DNA from: a virus
IMG/VR virus record: IMGVR_UViG_3300042569_003487
Coordinates: 1-64,000 of that record
DNA: 64,000 nucleotides
Reading direction: 5' to 3' (one strand)
Below, one piece after another: positions 36,290 to 46,364 of this stretch; the stretch's first letter is position 1, and each line of letters starts with the position of its first letter. The notes beneath the pieces are model-generated. The model was given only the letters and a program-made list of their open reading frames with translations, did no database searches and was not told the origin of the DNA. The translations under genes were made by a program, and so were the position numbers.

Positions 36290-38821
36290 TTATTTAAATA
36301 ATACATTTGGATTTACGTCCGCGCCAAAAAAGTTTGGCATATAAGACGGGTCTGCTTTTACTTTAGCTAATTCAGATTTAATCCAAGCAATTTCAGTTGG
36401 ATTTGGATATAAAGAAGGTTTTGAGAGTCTATCGGCATTTGCTGAAACCTTATTATAATAGCTTCCATATAAATCCATTAATGAATTAATTTTATTTACA
36501 ATAGAGCCTTCGTATGATATTTCTCCATTTTGAATTTGTGCTAAGTGATACCATAATCCTCTAACTCCAAGATCGGCATCGAGTCTAGCTTCTGCAATTA
36601 AATTAGGATCAGTTCCAGCATTAAATTCTACAAAAATTCCTTCCGTTGAATTATTTACTCTCGGTACACCAGTTTGATCTAGAACTTGATTAACTGCATC
36701 ATCATTAGCAGTTGCGCTCAATGGAGTAGCTCCAGTTATCTCTTGAATTTTAGAAGTATTATCACCATGTCCGCCGGTATCAGTCAAAGTTTGGGTCGCA
36801 GCTGCAGTGTCGATAACTTGAGCTGGAACACTTAAACAAATATCATTAAAGCTCTTAGGACCAATAATTGCAATAAGCTGTGTATCTGCAATCTTTTTGG
36901 TTTCAACTGCTACTTCCTTTTTTAATTCTTCAGTTTGGATAGTAACGTTTGTATTTTGTTCAACACTTCCCCAATTACTGAACTCTGAGCTAGCTTTAAA
37001 TTCATCTTCAGTTTTAGTAGCCTCTGCTAAAAATTCGTATTTGTATTTAATATACTTTAATCCTTCATTAAATTCTCCAAATCCTTTCTTATCAGCAGTC
37101 TTTTCTGGTCCAAACATTTTACCAAGATTACCAGTAAGAACGTTTGCGCCCTTTGCCATAAAACTAACTGGGCAACGCAATGCTGCGCCGATTAAATATT
37201 TTGCAGTAATAAGGCGGTTTCTATTAAATCTTCTTCTTACTAAAGCTATACCAAGATCTCCCAATTCATCTTGAAGTTTTGCAAATTTTGCAGCAGCTTG
37301 GGTTCCAGCCTCTGACAATTTAATTGCAATTTCAGGGTTTTTTGCAAATACTCTAAATAGTTGAGTTACGCCTGGGCCAGCATCATTTAATACTTTGACT
37401 GTTTCTGGGTGGCTTACTAACCAACCAAAAAATTTCTTAATATTTTCGGGATCGTCCTTTAAAGTTTTAAAAATATCTGCTGATAGACTTGTACCCTTTC
37501 CACCAACTGCTGCGGCTGACCAATATTTTGCAAGAACCTCTCCGCCAGCCTCATCTAATTTAAGAAGACCTTTTACAAACAATTTATTTGATTCCATTTC
37601 ATAATAAACAGCTCTCATTTCATTGTCTAGCATATCAAGCTCAGCTTTTTCAATGGGCTTTTTCAACTTTGATCTAAAATCGATAAGTTCATTTTTAAAT
37701 TTATCAAAGTTTGCATCAACTGCCTTTCTAAATAGGTCTGGATTGGAAGCCATTTCCTTAGTAAATGCAAGTTCTGAACTTGCAAGCATTTTTCTGAAAG
37801 GAACATGTTGAGCAATATCTCCAAATTTTCCAGCTGCAATTAACTCATCAATATTATCTGTAATTTTCGAAATATCTCCAGTCTTTATTAGAGATGCAAT
37901 ATCCTCGCCGCCTTTAAGTACGGTCTCGCCACCAAATTTTTCTAGATTTCTAGCAACTGGTGTGATTACTTCATCAACCCAAGAAATAAGTTTCTTTCCT
38001 AATGCAGTACTTCCACCAAATGTAAGCCAACTAATAGGAGGCATACTTAATATATGGCCAATTCCTAAAGCAATACCATGAAAAACTTTAAGCATAATTG
38101 TACCAACTGATGACATTCCATCTAATACAACCTTTGCACCAGAGTCTGTAGCAAGCTCAGCAATAAGTTTTTCTTCAGCTTTACCTGTTTTAATAATAGA
38201 TTCAAATGCTTTTTCTAATTTGGCTGCATTTTTACCGTATTTTACCGCTTTTGCTGCATCACCAATTCCAGGTAAAAACGCTGCAATTGCACTAATTCCT
38301 GCATCCAACCAGCGTCCTCTAAACATGTAAATTATAGCATTTAATCCATCTGCAACAACATCAATTGGAAATCCAAAGTATGATGCTGGAATAAATCCAA
38401 TTAAATCTAATAAGAATTGAAGAATGCCAATTGGCGAACTGTCTTCAGTTAACGCATTCCATAAACCAGCTAAAAAATCAACTACTCCTTCATTAATTGA
38501 AGTATATTCATCGATAATTCTAGTTATTTGGTAATTTGATTCAACGAAAAGATTTTCTCCAATAAGACCCTTAGCAAATAGAGTATGCTCGATTTGGGTA
38601 ATTTCAGACTGGTTAAATCCAACGCTTTCTAATGAAAGCTGATACTTTCTAAAATCTGCAGTATCGGTTGCAGTTTGTACGTCCTGAATTCGGATTGCAC
38701 AGTTTTCAATAATGTTAATAAGAGACTCTCCAAACTCATTAATAAATGATGATAATCTCTCCGCGTCCCCAGGGTTTAGTGATAATACAGATTCCCTAGA
38801 TTGAATATATTTTGATGCCAT
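36290..38821 (-). CDS. large protein with pre-toxin TG-like hydrophobic hairpin
   Basis: LDLIGFIP...VADGLNAIIY..RGRWLDAGISAIAAFLPGIGDAAK; internal LKYIKYKYEFLAE-A; ATAAATA at 38845. Confidence 0.6.
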   Translation of the reverse strand: MASKYIQSRESVLSLNPGDAERLSSFINEFGESLINIIENCAIRIQDVQTATDTADFRKYQLSLESVGFNQSEITQIEHTLFAKGLIGENLFVESNYQITRIIDEYTSINEGVVDFLAGLWNALTEDSSPIGILQFLLDLIGFIPASYFGFPIDVVADGLNAIIYMFRGRWLDAGISAIAAFLPGIGDAAKAVKYGKNAAKLEKAFESIIKTGKAEEKLIAELATDSGAKVVLDGMSSVGTIMLKVFHGIALGIGHILSMPPISWLTFGGSTALGKKLISWVDEVITPVARNLEKFGGETVLKGGEDIASLIKTGDISKITDNIDELIAAGKFGDIAQHVPFRKMLASSELAFTKEMASNPDLFRKAVDANFDKFKNELIDFRSKLKKPIEKAELDMLDNEMRAVYYEMESNKLFVKGLLKLDEAGGEVLAKYWSAAAVGGKGTSLSADIFKTLKDDPENIKKFFGWLVSHPETVKVLNDAGPGVTQLFRVFAKNPEIAIKLSEAGTQAAAKFAKLQDELGDLGIALVRRRFNRNRLITAKYLIGAALRCPVSFMAKGANVLTGNLGKMFGPEKTADKKGFGEFNEGLKYIKYKYEFLAEATKTEDEFKASSEFSNWGSVEQNTNVTIQTEELKKEVAVETKKIADTQLIAIIGPKSFNDICLSVPAQVIDTAAATQTLTDTGGHGDNTSKIQEITGATPLSATANDDAVNQVLDQTGVPRVNNSTEGIFVEFNAGTDPNLIAEARLDADLGVRGLWYHLAQIQNGEISYEGSIVNKINSLMDLYGSYYNKVSANADRLSKPSLYPNPTEIAWIKSELAKVKADPSYMPNFFGADVNPNVLFK

Positions 38822-38847
38822 TTAATAGTAAGGCCATTTTTCTTTAT

Positions 38848-39927
38848 TTATCTAAATGGAAACAGATTTGAAATACACTTAGAATAGATGGAAGCTCGGT
38901 CAGAAGGGCTAGAGTCTTTAAAAAATGCCAGAATTTCTTCTAATTTAACCAAATCTGTAAATCCAAGAGCTTCATGAATACGATAATCTTTATATGAGAC
39001 TGGAATCGCGCCAAATATAAGGCTTTCGTATACCCTGGCTGGATAAAATCCGCGTTCTACATAAAGATCCTTTGAAATATTTAAACTAATAGTTGAACTT
39101 GCATATTCATTCCAAATATCAAAACGATCGTATCGTTTAATTAATTTAATATGTCTTTCTGTAAACTCTTCTGCTAAAGTTGGGTCAAGCTTTCCAGCTA
39201 CTGATACCTCATATTTTTTTCCAGTAAATGATTTAAACTCTGCAGAATTTTTAATTGCATCAACTACAATTGGATTTTTTGCATGACCTGCTTTATAATT
39301 TCCAAATGAAATATTTCCATAATAAAAAATCTTATTGTTTCTATCAAAACGATCTGTTTCTTCTAACCAAACCTTTTCGCAGTCTTTAATAAAGGCCTTT
39401 GATATGTTTGGATAGTCTATTGATGGAATTTCAAATGAGATTCCTTGAGATTTGCAAAATTCCACAAACTCTGGTTCTAGTGAAAGATCTGTATCTAGTA
39501 TTACAACCTTATTTGCCTGGCCACTTTGAATCGCTGCTGTAATAATTAGTTCAAACTGCTTAGCATCAGTTAATTGTTTAGTTAAAGTTGAAAGATTTCT
39601 AAATCTAGCCTTTAGAAATATTTTTTCATATCGACCCTTTTCAATATTTTCCATAATTTTCGGAAAACTTAAATTGTAGGAACGAATTCTTTCTTTGGTA
39701 AATTTTTCAAAAACTGGCGTAACTGGGCTCTTTGGCCAAACTGGAGATTTTTGATCTGCTCCAATCGAATCATGTGATAAGTAGGAATAAAAATCGACTT
39801 TATCTACATGATGAGAAAGACATAATTGATCAATTAGACCAAGTTGATAAAATGTGTGACCTGGAATATCTGTTGAAAAATCACCTAGATATCCAAAATA
39901 TGCATATAATGCAGCTGGGGTATTCAT
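38848..39927 (-). CDS. putative GT-B glycosyltransferase (CgeB/beta-glucosyltransferase-like)
   Basis: YYGN...ISLNISK...PARVYESLIFGAIPV GT-B C-terminal signature; start moved to MNTPAA. Confidence 0.6.
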   Translation of the reverse strand: MNTPAALYAYFGYLGDFSTDIPGHTFYQLGLIDQLCLSHHVDKVDFYSYLSHDSIGADQKSPVWPKSPVTPVFEKFTKERIRSYNLSFPKIMENIEKGRYEKIFLKARFRNLSTLTKQLTDAKQFELIITAAIQSGQANKVVILDTDLSLEPEFVEFCKSQGISFEIPSIDYPNISKAFIKDCEKVWLEETDRFDRNNKIFYYGNISFGNYKAGHAKNPIVVDAIKNSAEFKSFTGKKYEVSVAGKLDPTLAEEFTERHIKLIKRYDRFDIWNEYASSTISLNISKDLYVERGFYPARVYESLIFGAIPVSYKDYRIHEALGFTDLVKLEEILAFFKDSSPSDRASIYSKCISNLFPFR

Positions 39928-39962
39928 ATTTTTATTATACAATAGTTTCATCATAAGATTAC

Positions 39963-39987
39963 AAAAAAGGCCGAGTTTCCTCGGCCT
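39963..39987 (-). terminator. rho-independent terminator
   Basis: AAAAAAGGCCGAG-TTTC-CTCGGCCT. Confidence 0.8.
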
Positions 39988-40008
39988 GTAGGTCTAGATC
40001 AACTTAAA

Positions 40009-40827
40009 TTAACCTCTCTTTACTGCTGCAAAGTGAGTAATCCAAGTTTTAGTATTTTCAACATTAGGGCAAACATAAATGTCATCAAAATTTGCTCTAA
40101 AAATATCTAAGATTTCATTGAATTTTTCAACACGCCCTTTAGAAAGATTACGATAGTGGAAATGGTATTCAATAATAGCAATTCTGATATTTGACCAATC
40201 TTCTACAGATTTAATCAAATCGTATTCAGCGCCCTCTACATCCATTTTTAAGCAGGTTGCTTCTTTAAGGGCTTCGCTAAAGTTTTTAGCAGGAACTGTT
40301 ACTTGAGTACGACCTCTAACTGGAAGTAGTGAGTGTTTACCTGAATCCCAAGCTAAAAAGAAGTCTACATTTTTTGTATCATCGTTTGGTACAAGTGCAG
40401 CCTCAATCATTTCACAACGGTCAGCTACGCCATTTTCTCCAAGATTAAGTTCAGCAAACTCAATATTATTACGAAAAGGTTCATACGACAAAACTTTCTT
40501 AATTCTTGGAAACTGAGTTAGCAAACGAGTAGCAAACACTCCAATATGTCCACCTGCATCTAACCACACGTCTTCCTGATCTAAGTCTTCTAACTGAAAT
40601 TGATGACCATTAGTATTCCAATCGGTTCTAAATAATGGACTAAAGTATTCCCCGCCTGTAGCAGTTTTACTGATGTTTTGATTAATATTGTATTTAACTT
40701 CATCTTCTGAACGTACAAATAAACTGTAATTAAAATACGGTGTGTCTTTTTTGGTATGGATTAGGAGTCCGCGTTCTCTAGCTTCTTCTAGACTAATCAA
40801 TACGTCTGCTGTTTTCTGTTTTGCCAT
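40009..40827 (-). CDS. FkbM-family SAM-dependent methyltransferase
   Basis: LDAGGHIG, SYEP, LKMDVEGAE, IEYH. Confidence 0.85.
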   Translation of the reverse strand: MAKQKTADVLISLEEARERGLLIHTKKDTPYFNYSLFVRSEDEVKYNINQNISKTATGGEYFSPLFRTDWNTNGHQFQLEDLDQEDVWLDAGGHIGVFATRLLTQFPRIKKVLSYEPFRNNIEFAELNLGENGVADRCEMIEAALVPNDDTKNVDFFLAWDSGKHSLLPVRGRTQVTVPAKNFSEALKEATCLKMDVEGAEYDLIKSVEDWSNIRIAIIEYHFHYRNLSKGRVEKFNEILDIFRANFDDIYVCPNVENTKTWITHFAAVKRG

Positions 40828-40864
40828 GTTACTACTTTAAGTATGTTTAGATTATTATACTAAT

Positions 40865-40889
40865 AAAAAAGCCCGAGTTACCTCGGGCT
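40865..40889 (-). terminator. rho-independent terminator
   Basis: AAAAAAGCCCGAG-TTAC-CTCGGGCT. Confidence 0.8.
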
Positions 40890-40915
40890 CTAAAAATATT
40901 TAAAATATTAAAAAA

Positions 40916-42580
40916 TTACATAGTTTCAACTTCTGGCATAATCTCGTCCTCTTTAACGGTTTCGCCATTGCTTAATTGATATAAACCATCTGCAGTAACT
41001 CCGCTAATTTCAACAGGTTCACCATTATGCATTACTTTATCGCCGATTCCGTATTTAGAACCGTTTGAACCTAACATAGGATCAGTTTCTAAACTATCGT
41101 CTAACGAAAGATATTCATCCTTAAGACCTACAATACTTGAATTAATTGTATGTTTAAGAGTTTCCAATTGATCTTGAGTTTCTTCATCTGCTTCTGCAAT
41201 TACTGAATCTAGTTGAGAGATAGATTCTTCTAATTTTGCAATATCAGCTTGGATTGCAGATTTTCTTTCGTTAACGCTTTTAATAAATTCTTGTCTTTCT
41301 GAAAGTTGAATTGCAAACATATCGCTTACGTCATACTTAAATGTTTCAGCAACATATTTATGGAAGCCTAACGTATCATATTTCTTAAGACCTTGTCTGT
41401 CTAAAACAAAAATACCAGATTTTTCAGTATTAATAGCATAACTTTGAGCACCTTCAGTAACAAAGCGTTGAACGAATTCAAATTGAGCAATCATATTTGC
41501 ATTTTCTAAAATCTTTGCAACATTTTGTTTAAATGAAATAGTTTCAACAACTAAAGTTTTGTAAATTTCAGAGCTATTTAAGTCTTCTGCAACTTTACCA
41601 TTGATTTCAAATGAAACTTCTCCTTCTGGAGAAACTTTAAATGCAATAGTATTTGCTTTACCTTTAGCTTCTACACCATGTTCAGTAGGTTTAAAACCTA
41701 AATCAGTGTAAGCTTTTGCAGTTTGAGTAAACTCGTCTTCTTGTGGAAGAGATGAGAAGGGAACCATTTCGGCTTCTTCTTCACCATTCATATCAATAAT
41801 ATGATTCTCGATTAAAACTCTAACTCCGTTTGCAGTTCTAGTATAAACTCCAACTACTGGATTAATTTTAGTTGAGCTATTACCTGAACCTAAATTAAAT
41901 CCTCCGTTTTGAGAAGATTCAAATTGTGAAAGTCTATTAAGAAGATTTTTGATAACTGGTTGAGCAGTAGCTTCTGCTAAAATCATAGTTAAAGCATCAA
42001 CTGAAGTTCTACCTTCAAGAATTGCTCCTTCTAGTTTTTCGCAAACTTTTGCATAATATGCGTTTGGTGCTTTCTTTAAATCTGCTATTGTATTGAAGAT
42101 TGCAATAGTTGCACGATTTTCTGATACATATTTAGTTAATTCAGCAACCACTGACTTAACAGTAGAGTCAAACGAAAATGGTGCAAGTTTAGTAATAACT
42201 GATTCTACCACGATTGGCTCAGAATTTACAGTTACTGCTTTTTCAAGACCTAAAACAACTGTTCTAAAAATAGGGTCTGCATATGCTGCAGATTCTTTAA
42301 TTTGAGCAATCTTTGGAAGAACTGCTGCGCCGTTTTCGATCATTTTTAATTTTTTAGCTGGAGTATTTGACATTTCGTTAAATTTCTTAACGATTGCATC
42401 AAGTTCAGTATTTTGTAGTTTTTCACTAACTTCAGCTAGATCGGCTAGAGCTTGCTCGATGTTGCCAGAAGCATTAACGTTGGCCTCAACGCCAGCGACG
42501 AACATCTGTAGCATTCTGCTTTCAGATACAGCTTGTGCTGCTTTTAATTCTTTGATTAAGTTTTTTGTTAAGTCGTTCAT
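40916..42580 (-). CDS. helical/coiled-coil late protein, possible prohead core or scaffold component
   Basis: Late promoter at 42602; many (I/L/V)xE-(S/A/G/N) sites; C-terminal coiled coil and SH3-like tail. Confidence 0.4.
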   Translation of the reverse strand: MNDLTKNLIKELKAAQAVSESRMLQMFVAGVEANVNASGNIEQALADLAEVSEKLQNTELDAIVKKFNEMSNTPAKKLKMIENGAAVLPKIAQIKESAAYADPIFRTVVLGLEKAVTVNSEPIVVESVITKLAPFSFDSTVKSVVAELTKYVSENRATIAIFNTIADLKKAPNAYYAKVCEKLEGAILEGRTSVDALTMILAEATAQPVIKNLLNRLSQFESSQNGGFNLGSGNSSTKINPVVGVYTRTANGVRVLIENHIIDMNGEEEAEMVPFSSLPQEDEFTQTAKAYTDLGFKPTEHGVEAKGKANTIAFKVSPEGEVSFEINGKVAEDLNSSEIYKTLVVETISFKQNVAKILENANMIAQFEFVQRFVTEGAQSYAINTEKSGIFVLDRQGLKKYDTLGFHKYVAETFKYDVSDMFAIQLSERQEFIKSVNERKSAIQADIAKLEESISQLDSVIAEADEETQDQLETLKHTINSSIVGLKDEYLSLDDSLETDPMLGSNGSKYGIGDKVMHNGEPVEISGVTADGLYQLSNGETVKEDEIMPEVETM

Positions 42581-42648
42581 TATAGACGATCTATTTTTTA
42601 TTATTTATCTGTGCCTTATATAGCGATTCACTGGATTATTGTAATTGA

Positions 42649-44745
42649 TTAGAATTGAGTCGTTATATCATCTCCGGTAAATCTCCCGCCTGATCCAGGT
42701 CTACCTAAGGACCTTCCATATCCAGTCGAGAGTGGTTTAACTTGTCTGATTGGGTTAGAATCTGGCGCAGTATCTGACGTTGAGTTTGATGCCTGAGAAG
42801 TTTGGTACTTAATACTATTTTTTCTAAGGTTTGCATTTTCATCCCTAAGCTGATCAACTAAAGTAGAAAGCTCGTCAAGTCTCTTTCTTAAAGTTTCTTC
42901 AGCTTTAATTCTAGTTTCCTCTGCTGTGTTTTGAGTAGTTGCCTCAGTTGCTCCGTCTGGCTTATACCATTTTCCTGTGTATAGGGCAGTTCGGGTGCCG
43001 TCACTTCCTACCGATACAATATAGAATTTTGTATCTTCTAACATAAGAATCTTAGACGTTGTTGCTACATCAAACTTAAATAGAATTTCTCCAAGATCAG
43101 AATTAACTTCAGACTGTTTAGTAGTATTTTTAACAGTAACTCTTGAATTATCTGTTCCAAAAACTAATTCAAATGATGAAAATTGTGTAAGATCAACTGT
43201 TCTAATTACAGGATTACCTGAAGTATTTAATTTTTCTTGTTTTACTTTAAATTTAAAAACATTATCAAATGGACTTACTATAATAGAAAGTAAACCTTGA
43301 CCATATGCAACTTCAGTGTTTTGACCACTTCCAGTCATTTTACTGCTTTCCGCTAATAAAATGCTATTATTTGAAAATAATACTGGAACGTATTCGGTAA
43401 CAGTTCGGATTTCAATTTGAGGCACTGTTTCAACTGATTGAACTGCTAAAGCCGCCTGATTAGTCGAAGTAGCTGAGCGGTTTGCTTCAGTTTCATTGTA
43501 TACTTTAAGTGAATCTGTAACTTTAGTAATAATTAAGTTATTAATTCTATTAGAATTTGGTTTATCTGCCAATTCAAGTTTACTTAAAGATTTTCCATAC
43601 TTATTTGGATTAACTACTACTAGAGATCCAGTTCTAATAATTTGTTCGTTTGTTGTTCTATTAACTAATCTAACTGAATAGTCAATTGCCATGCTAACTG
43701 CCTCATTTGCATTTTTTAAAATTGGTCTATAAATTAGAGGTTCATCAAAATTACTTTCTTGAAAGAATGTTGCGTCACCACTTTTAATAAATGATGAGCC
43801 AATTTGTTCAAATATTGTAAGCTGGTGAAAGATTATCCAAGATTGTCCAGTACGTTTTTCAAGTATACCAATAAATTCTTCTGGGAAACCTTCATTCCAG
43901 GTTGCATTAAATTCAATATAATCTCCATCTAATGCTTCTCTAATTTTAGCACCAATTAAATCAAATTCATTTGCTTGACTTACTTGAGCGACATATGCTT
44001 GATTTACATCATATGTTGAATAAACCTCGTCTGCTGTATTAAAGGCTGGGCCCTCTTTACATTCAAATAGATTAACTGTAATTGGATTGTTTTTAACTAA
44101 ACCTACACCAGTTGCCGTGCCATTTACCGTAACGGTTGTTGCTTTATATTCAAAAGTAATCGCTGGATTTGGTGAAGTATAGAATTGCTCATCCATATTT
44201 TTAATAGATGGTACAATTATATCAATATATCGGTCGTACATTGCATTACCAATAATCATTGGTCTGGTTGCAAATAATAAAACATCACCAAGTGTAGTTG
44301 AATTAATTAGTATGTTTGCTAGTATTAAAGCATTACCATTATTCATATCTTGTCTAATTGATAGTACAAGGCTAGAAAAGTCATCAAATTGAAAACCAGA
44401 TGCAAAATGGAATCTTACTCGATCTGCAATAATTGATCCAGCTGGAATTAATGTTTCAGACGCTCCAGGAACTTTACTAATTGCATATTCTGTATAGTTT
44501 GGAGAATCTTCTGAGTCTAAATAAACAAATCGCCCGCTATTAGTTGACAGCGGAACTGCAGTCAAATCTTTAATGTTTCCAGTTTCATATAGTGCTGAAT
44601 CTGGGTTGTATAGGTAAATCTCTCCCTCGCCTAATGTTAATGCATAGAACGGAGAATTAATTAAAATCGGACTTGCCGGCGATAATGATTCATACTGATA
44701 TTCCAGTAAACAATAATCGGTTAATTTTATAAATCTAGACTGCAT
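42649..44745 (-). CDS. putative structural protein (698 aa)
   Basis: Long beta-rich ORF within the morphogenesis block. Confidence 0.5.
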   Translation of the reverse strand: MQSRFIKLTDYCLLEYQYESLSPASPILINSPFYALTLGEGEIYLYNPDSALYETGNIKDLTAVPLSTNSGRFVYLDSEDSPNYTEYAISKVPGASETLIPAGSIIADRVRFHFASGFQFDDFSSLVLSIRQDMNNGNALILANILINSTTLGDVLLFATRPMIIGNAMYDRYIDIIVPSIKNMDEQFYTSPNPAITFEYKATTVTVNGTATGVGLVKNNPITVNLFECKEGPAFNTADEVYSTYDVNQAYVAQVSQANEFDLIGAKIREALDGDYIEFNATWNEGFPEEFIGILEKRTGQSWIIFHQLTIFEQIGSSFIKSGDATFFQESNFDEPLIYRPILKNANEAVSMAIDYSVRLVNRTTNEQIIRTGSLVVVNPNKYGKSLSKLELADKPNSNRINNLIITKVTDSLKVYNETEANRSATSTNQAALAVQSVETVPQIEIRTVTEYVPVLFSNNSILLAESSKMTGSGQNTEVAYGQGLLSIIVSPFDNVFKFKVKQEKLNTSGNPVIRTVDLTQFSSFELVFGTDNSRVTVKNTTKQSEVNSDLGEILFKFDVATTSKILMLEDTKFYIVSVGSDGTRTALYTGKWYKPDGATEATTQNTAEETRIKAEETLRKRLDELSTLVDQLRDENANLRKNSIKYQTSQASNSTSDTAPDSNPIRQVKPLSTGYGRSLGRPGSGGRFTGDDITTQF

Positions 44746-44770
44746 CCGTGATTCAATTTAATTTTTATAA

Positions 44771-44995
44771 TTACGATAGAAGAGATTCTAATGTAATTTT
44801 TGCATCGACCTCTCCTATATTATCTATTAACACATGCTCACGCTCTCTTAGTGTTTCCAATCTGCTTAGCAAAAGGTCTTTTTGTAATTCTAGACTAGAA
44901 GCCAGCATTTCAAGTTTTTCAAGCTCTTCAAATATTTGAGAATATTCTGAAACTATAAGTTTGGCTTCGGTTTTAATATTAATAGGTACTTCCAT
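44771..44995 (-). CDS. small coiled-coil protein
   Basis: Heptad pattern; operonic. Confidence 0.55.
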   Translation of the reverse strand: MEVPINIKTEAKLIVSEYSQIFEELEKLEMLASSLELQKDLLLSRLETLREREHVLIDNIGEVDAKITLESLLS

Positions 44996-44997
44996 TA

Positions 44998-46131
44998 TTA
45001 TGAGATTTTAACTTTTAATTGACCTGACTTTAGAATATTTAGCATCTGTAACATATATCCGGCTAAGGCTGGATCTCCAGAATTTACGGAAACTGTATTA
45101 GGTTGCATTCCATCGGCAGTTGCAGCTTGGTTTGGTTGTGGCTGATTTGGTGTAACCTCTTCTATTGGTTTAGGCTGAGGTTGAACTGGAGAAGTAGAGG
45201 CTGCTTGATTAACAATATTGGTTTGAGATACGATCTTTGAATTAGACTCGGCTACATCTGTGAGACCCTGTGCAATTGCTTTATTAAATGTCGGCGGCTC
45301 GACTTCTTTAGCAGGAGCTAACGGATTACTAATTAAGGATAAAATTGCGGCTGGGTCGTTTGAGCTAAGAGTCGCTGTTGTTTGTGCTTCTCGTTTAGTT
45401 TTTTCAATTTCGGCAGTTCTTTCAAATTCTTCAACTGCTGACGTAATACCTTTACTAAATGTATTTGACAATTCTCCTCCAGCAGCAGAGCCGGTTGCGC
45501 TAACTACATCGGTTTTAAATATAGTCGATAAATCTCCACCTGATGCTATAATAGAATTAACGTCAGCTTCGAGCTGATTTTCTTGTTGACTTAATGCAGT
45601 TCTAAATAAATCTAAGCTTACTTTGGGTTTATTTGAAACTGTCTCTTCTGGAACAGTAGTTAGAGCCTTAGTTGAAACAACGTCTGGGGTAGTTTTAGTA
45701 GATTCCTCCTTTGCGCTAGAAATATTTTTGATAAGATCTTCTAGAGCGGCAACATCCTTTATTGATAATTCAACTTTCTTTGGTTCAATCTTTACAAGAT
45801 CACTTGTAATTGACAGTGAATTATTTACTGTATTTAGCGTTGAATTATTTACAGTTGAGTTAGGTTTAGGTAGTCTTTCAGAAAGAGTTGATAGGGTATC
45901 AGAAAGACCTGATAAAATTTCATCGGAATTAACTATAGCAGATTGACCGGCAGGTAAAGTTTTTTCAGTAGCAGGACTCAATGGAGAACTTGCTGTAGAA
46001 ACAGACTCTGCCAAATTTAAATCTGGTACAAACCCTTCGGGCTGCATTAAATCCATTAAATTTGGAACGCTTTGCCCAGTGGTTTTCAGGGTTGGATTAA
46101 GTGCTCCTAGTTCTAAATATAGACCGCTCAT
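44998..46131 (-). CDS. low-complexity S/T/P-rich late protein next to baseplate hub genes
   Basis: ATAAATA at 46147; follows the gp26/gp51-like genes. Confidence 0.45.
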   Translation of the reverse strand: MSGLYLELGALNPTLKTTGQSVPNLMDLMQPEGFVPDLNLAESVSTASSPLSPATEKTLPAGQSAIVNSDEILSGLSDTLSTLSERLPKPNSTVNNSTLNTVNNSLSITSDLVKIEPKKVELSIKDVAALEDLIKNISSAKEESTKTTPDVVSTKALTTVPEETVSNKPKVSLDLFRTALSQQENQLEADVNSIIASGGDLSTIFKTDVVSATGSAAGGELSNTFSKGITSAVEEFERTAEIEKTKREAQTTATLSSNDPAAILSLISNPLAPAKEVEPPTFNKAIAQGLTDVAESNSKIVSQTNIVNQAASTSPVQPQPKPIEEVTPNQPQPNQAATADGMQPNTVSVNSGDPALAGYMLQMLNILKSGQLKVKIS

Positions 46132-46175
46132 TAAACTGCTTTTTGTTATTTATCGAAATATCCAGTAAAACCAAA

Positions 46176-46364
46176 TTATGCAAGTCTTCCCGGTAGATTC
46201 AATAATTCATCCTGTTCAGCTAGAATTCTAGCGTTAGATTCTTCTATTTGTTTATTAATAATAGTTAAGTAGATTGAATATTCATAAAATGGAAGCGAAT
46301 ACAATTGGTCCAATGGTTGATTCAGCTTCACCGCCAAGAACTTGTTAGTCTCAAACAAGTTCAC
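46176..46364 (-). CDS. baseplate hub assembly catalyst, T4 gp51-like
   Basis: LYSLPFYEYSIYL..I pattern; immediately downstream of the gp26-like gene. Confidence 0.65.
   Translation of the reverse strand: MNLFETNKFLAVKLNQPLDQLYSLPFYEYSIYLTIINKQIEESNARILAEQDELLNLPGRLA

Noticed and set aside
34705-37811. Plus-strand ORFs antisense to long genes (also 45260..45946, 46394..46771, 48055..48318 and similar short ones)
   Set aside because: Shadow frames of genuine minus-strand genes, with no motifs or promoters
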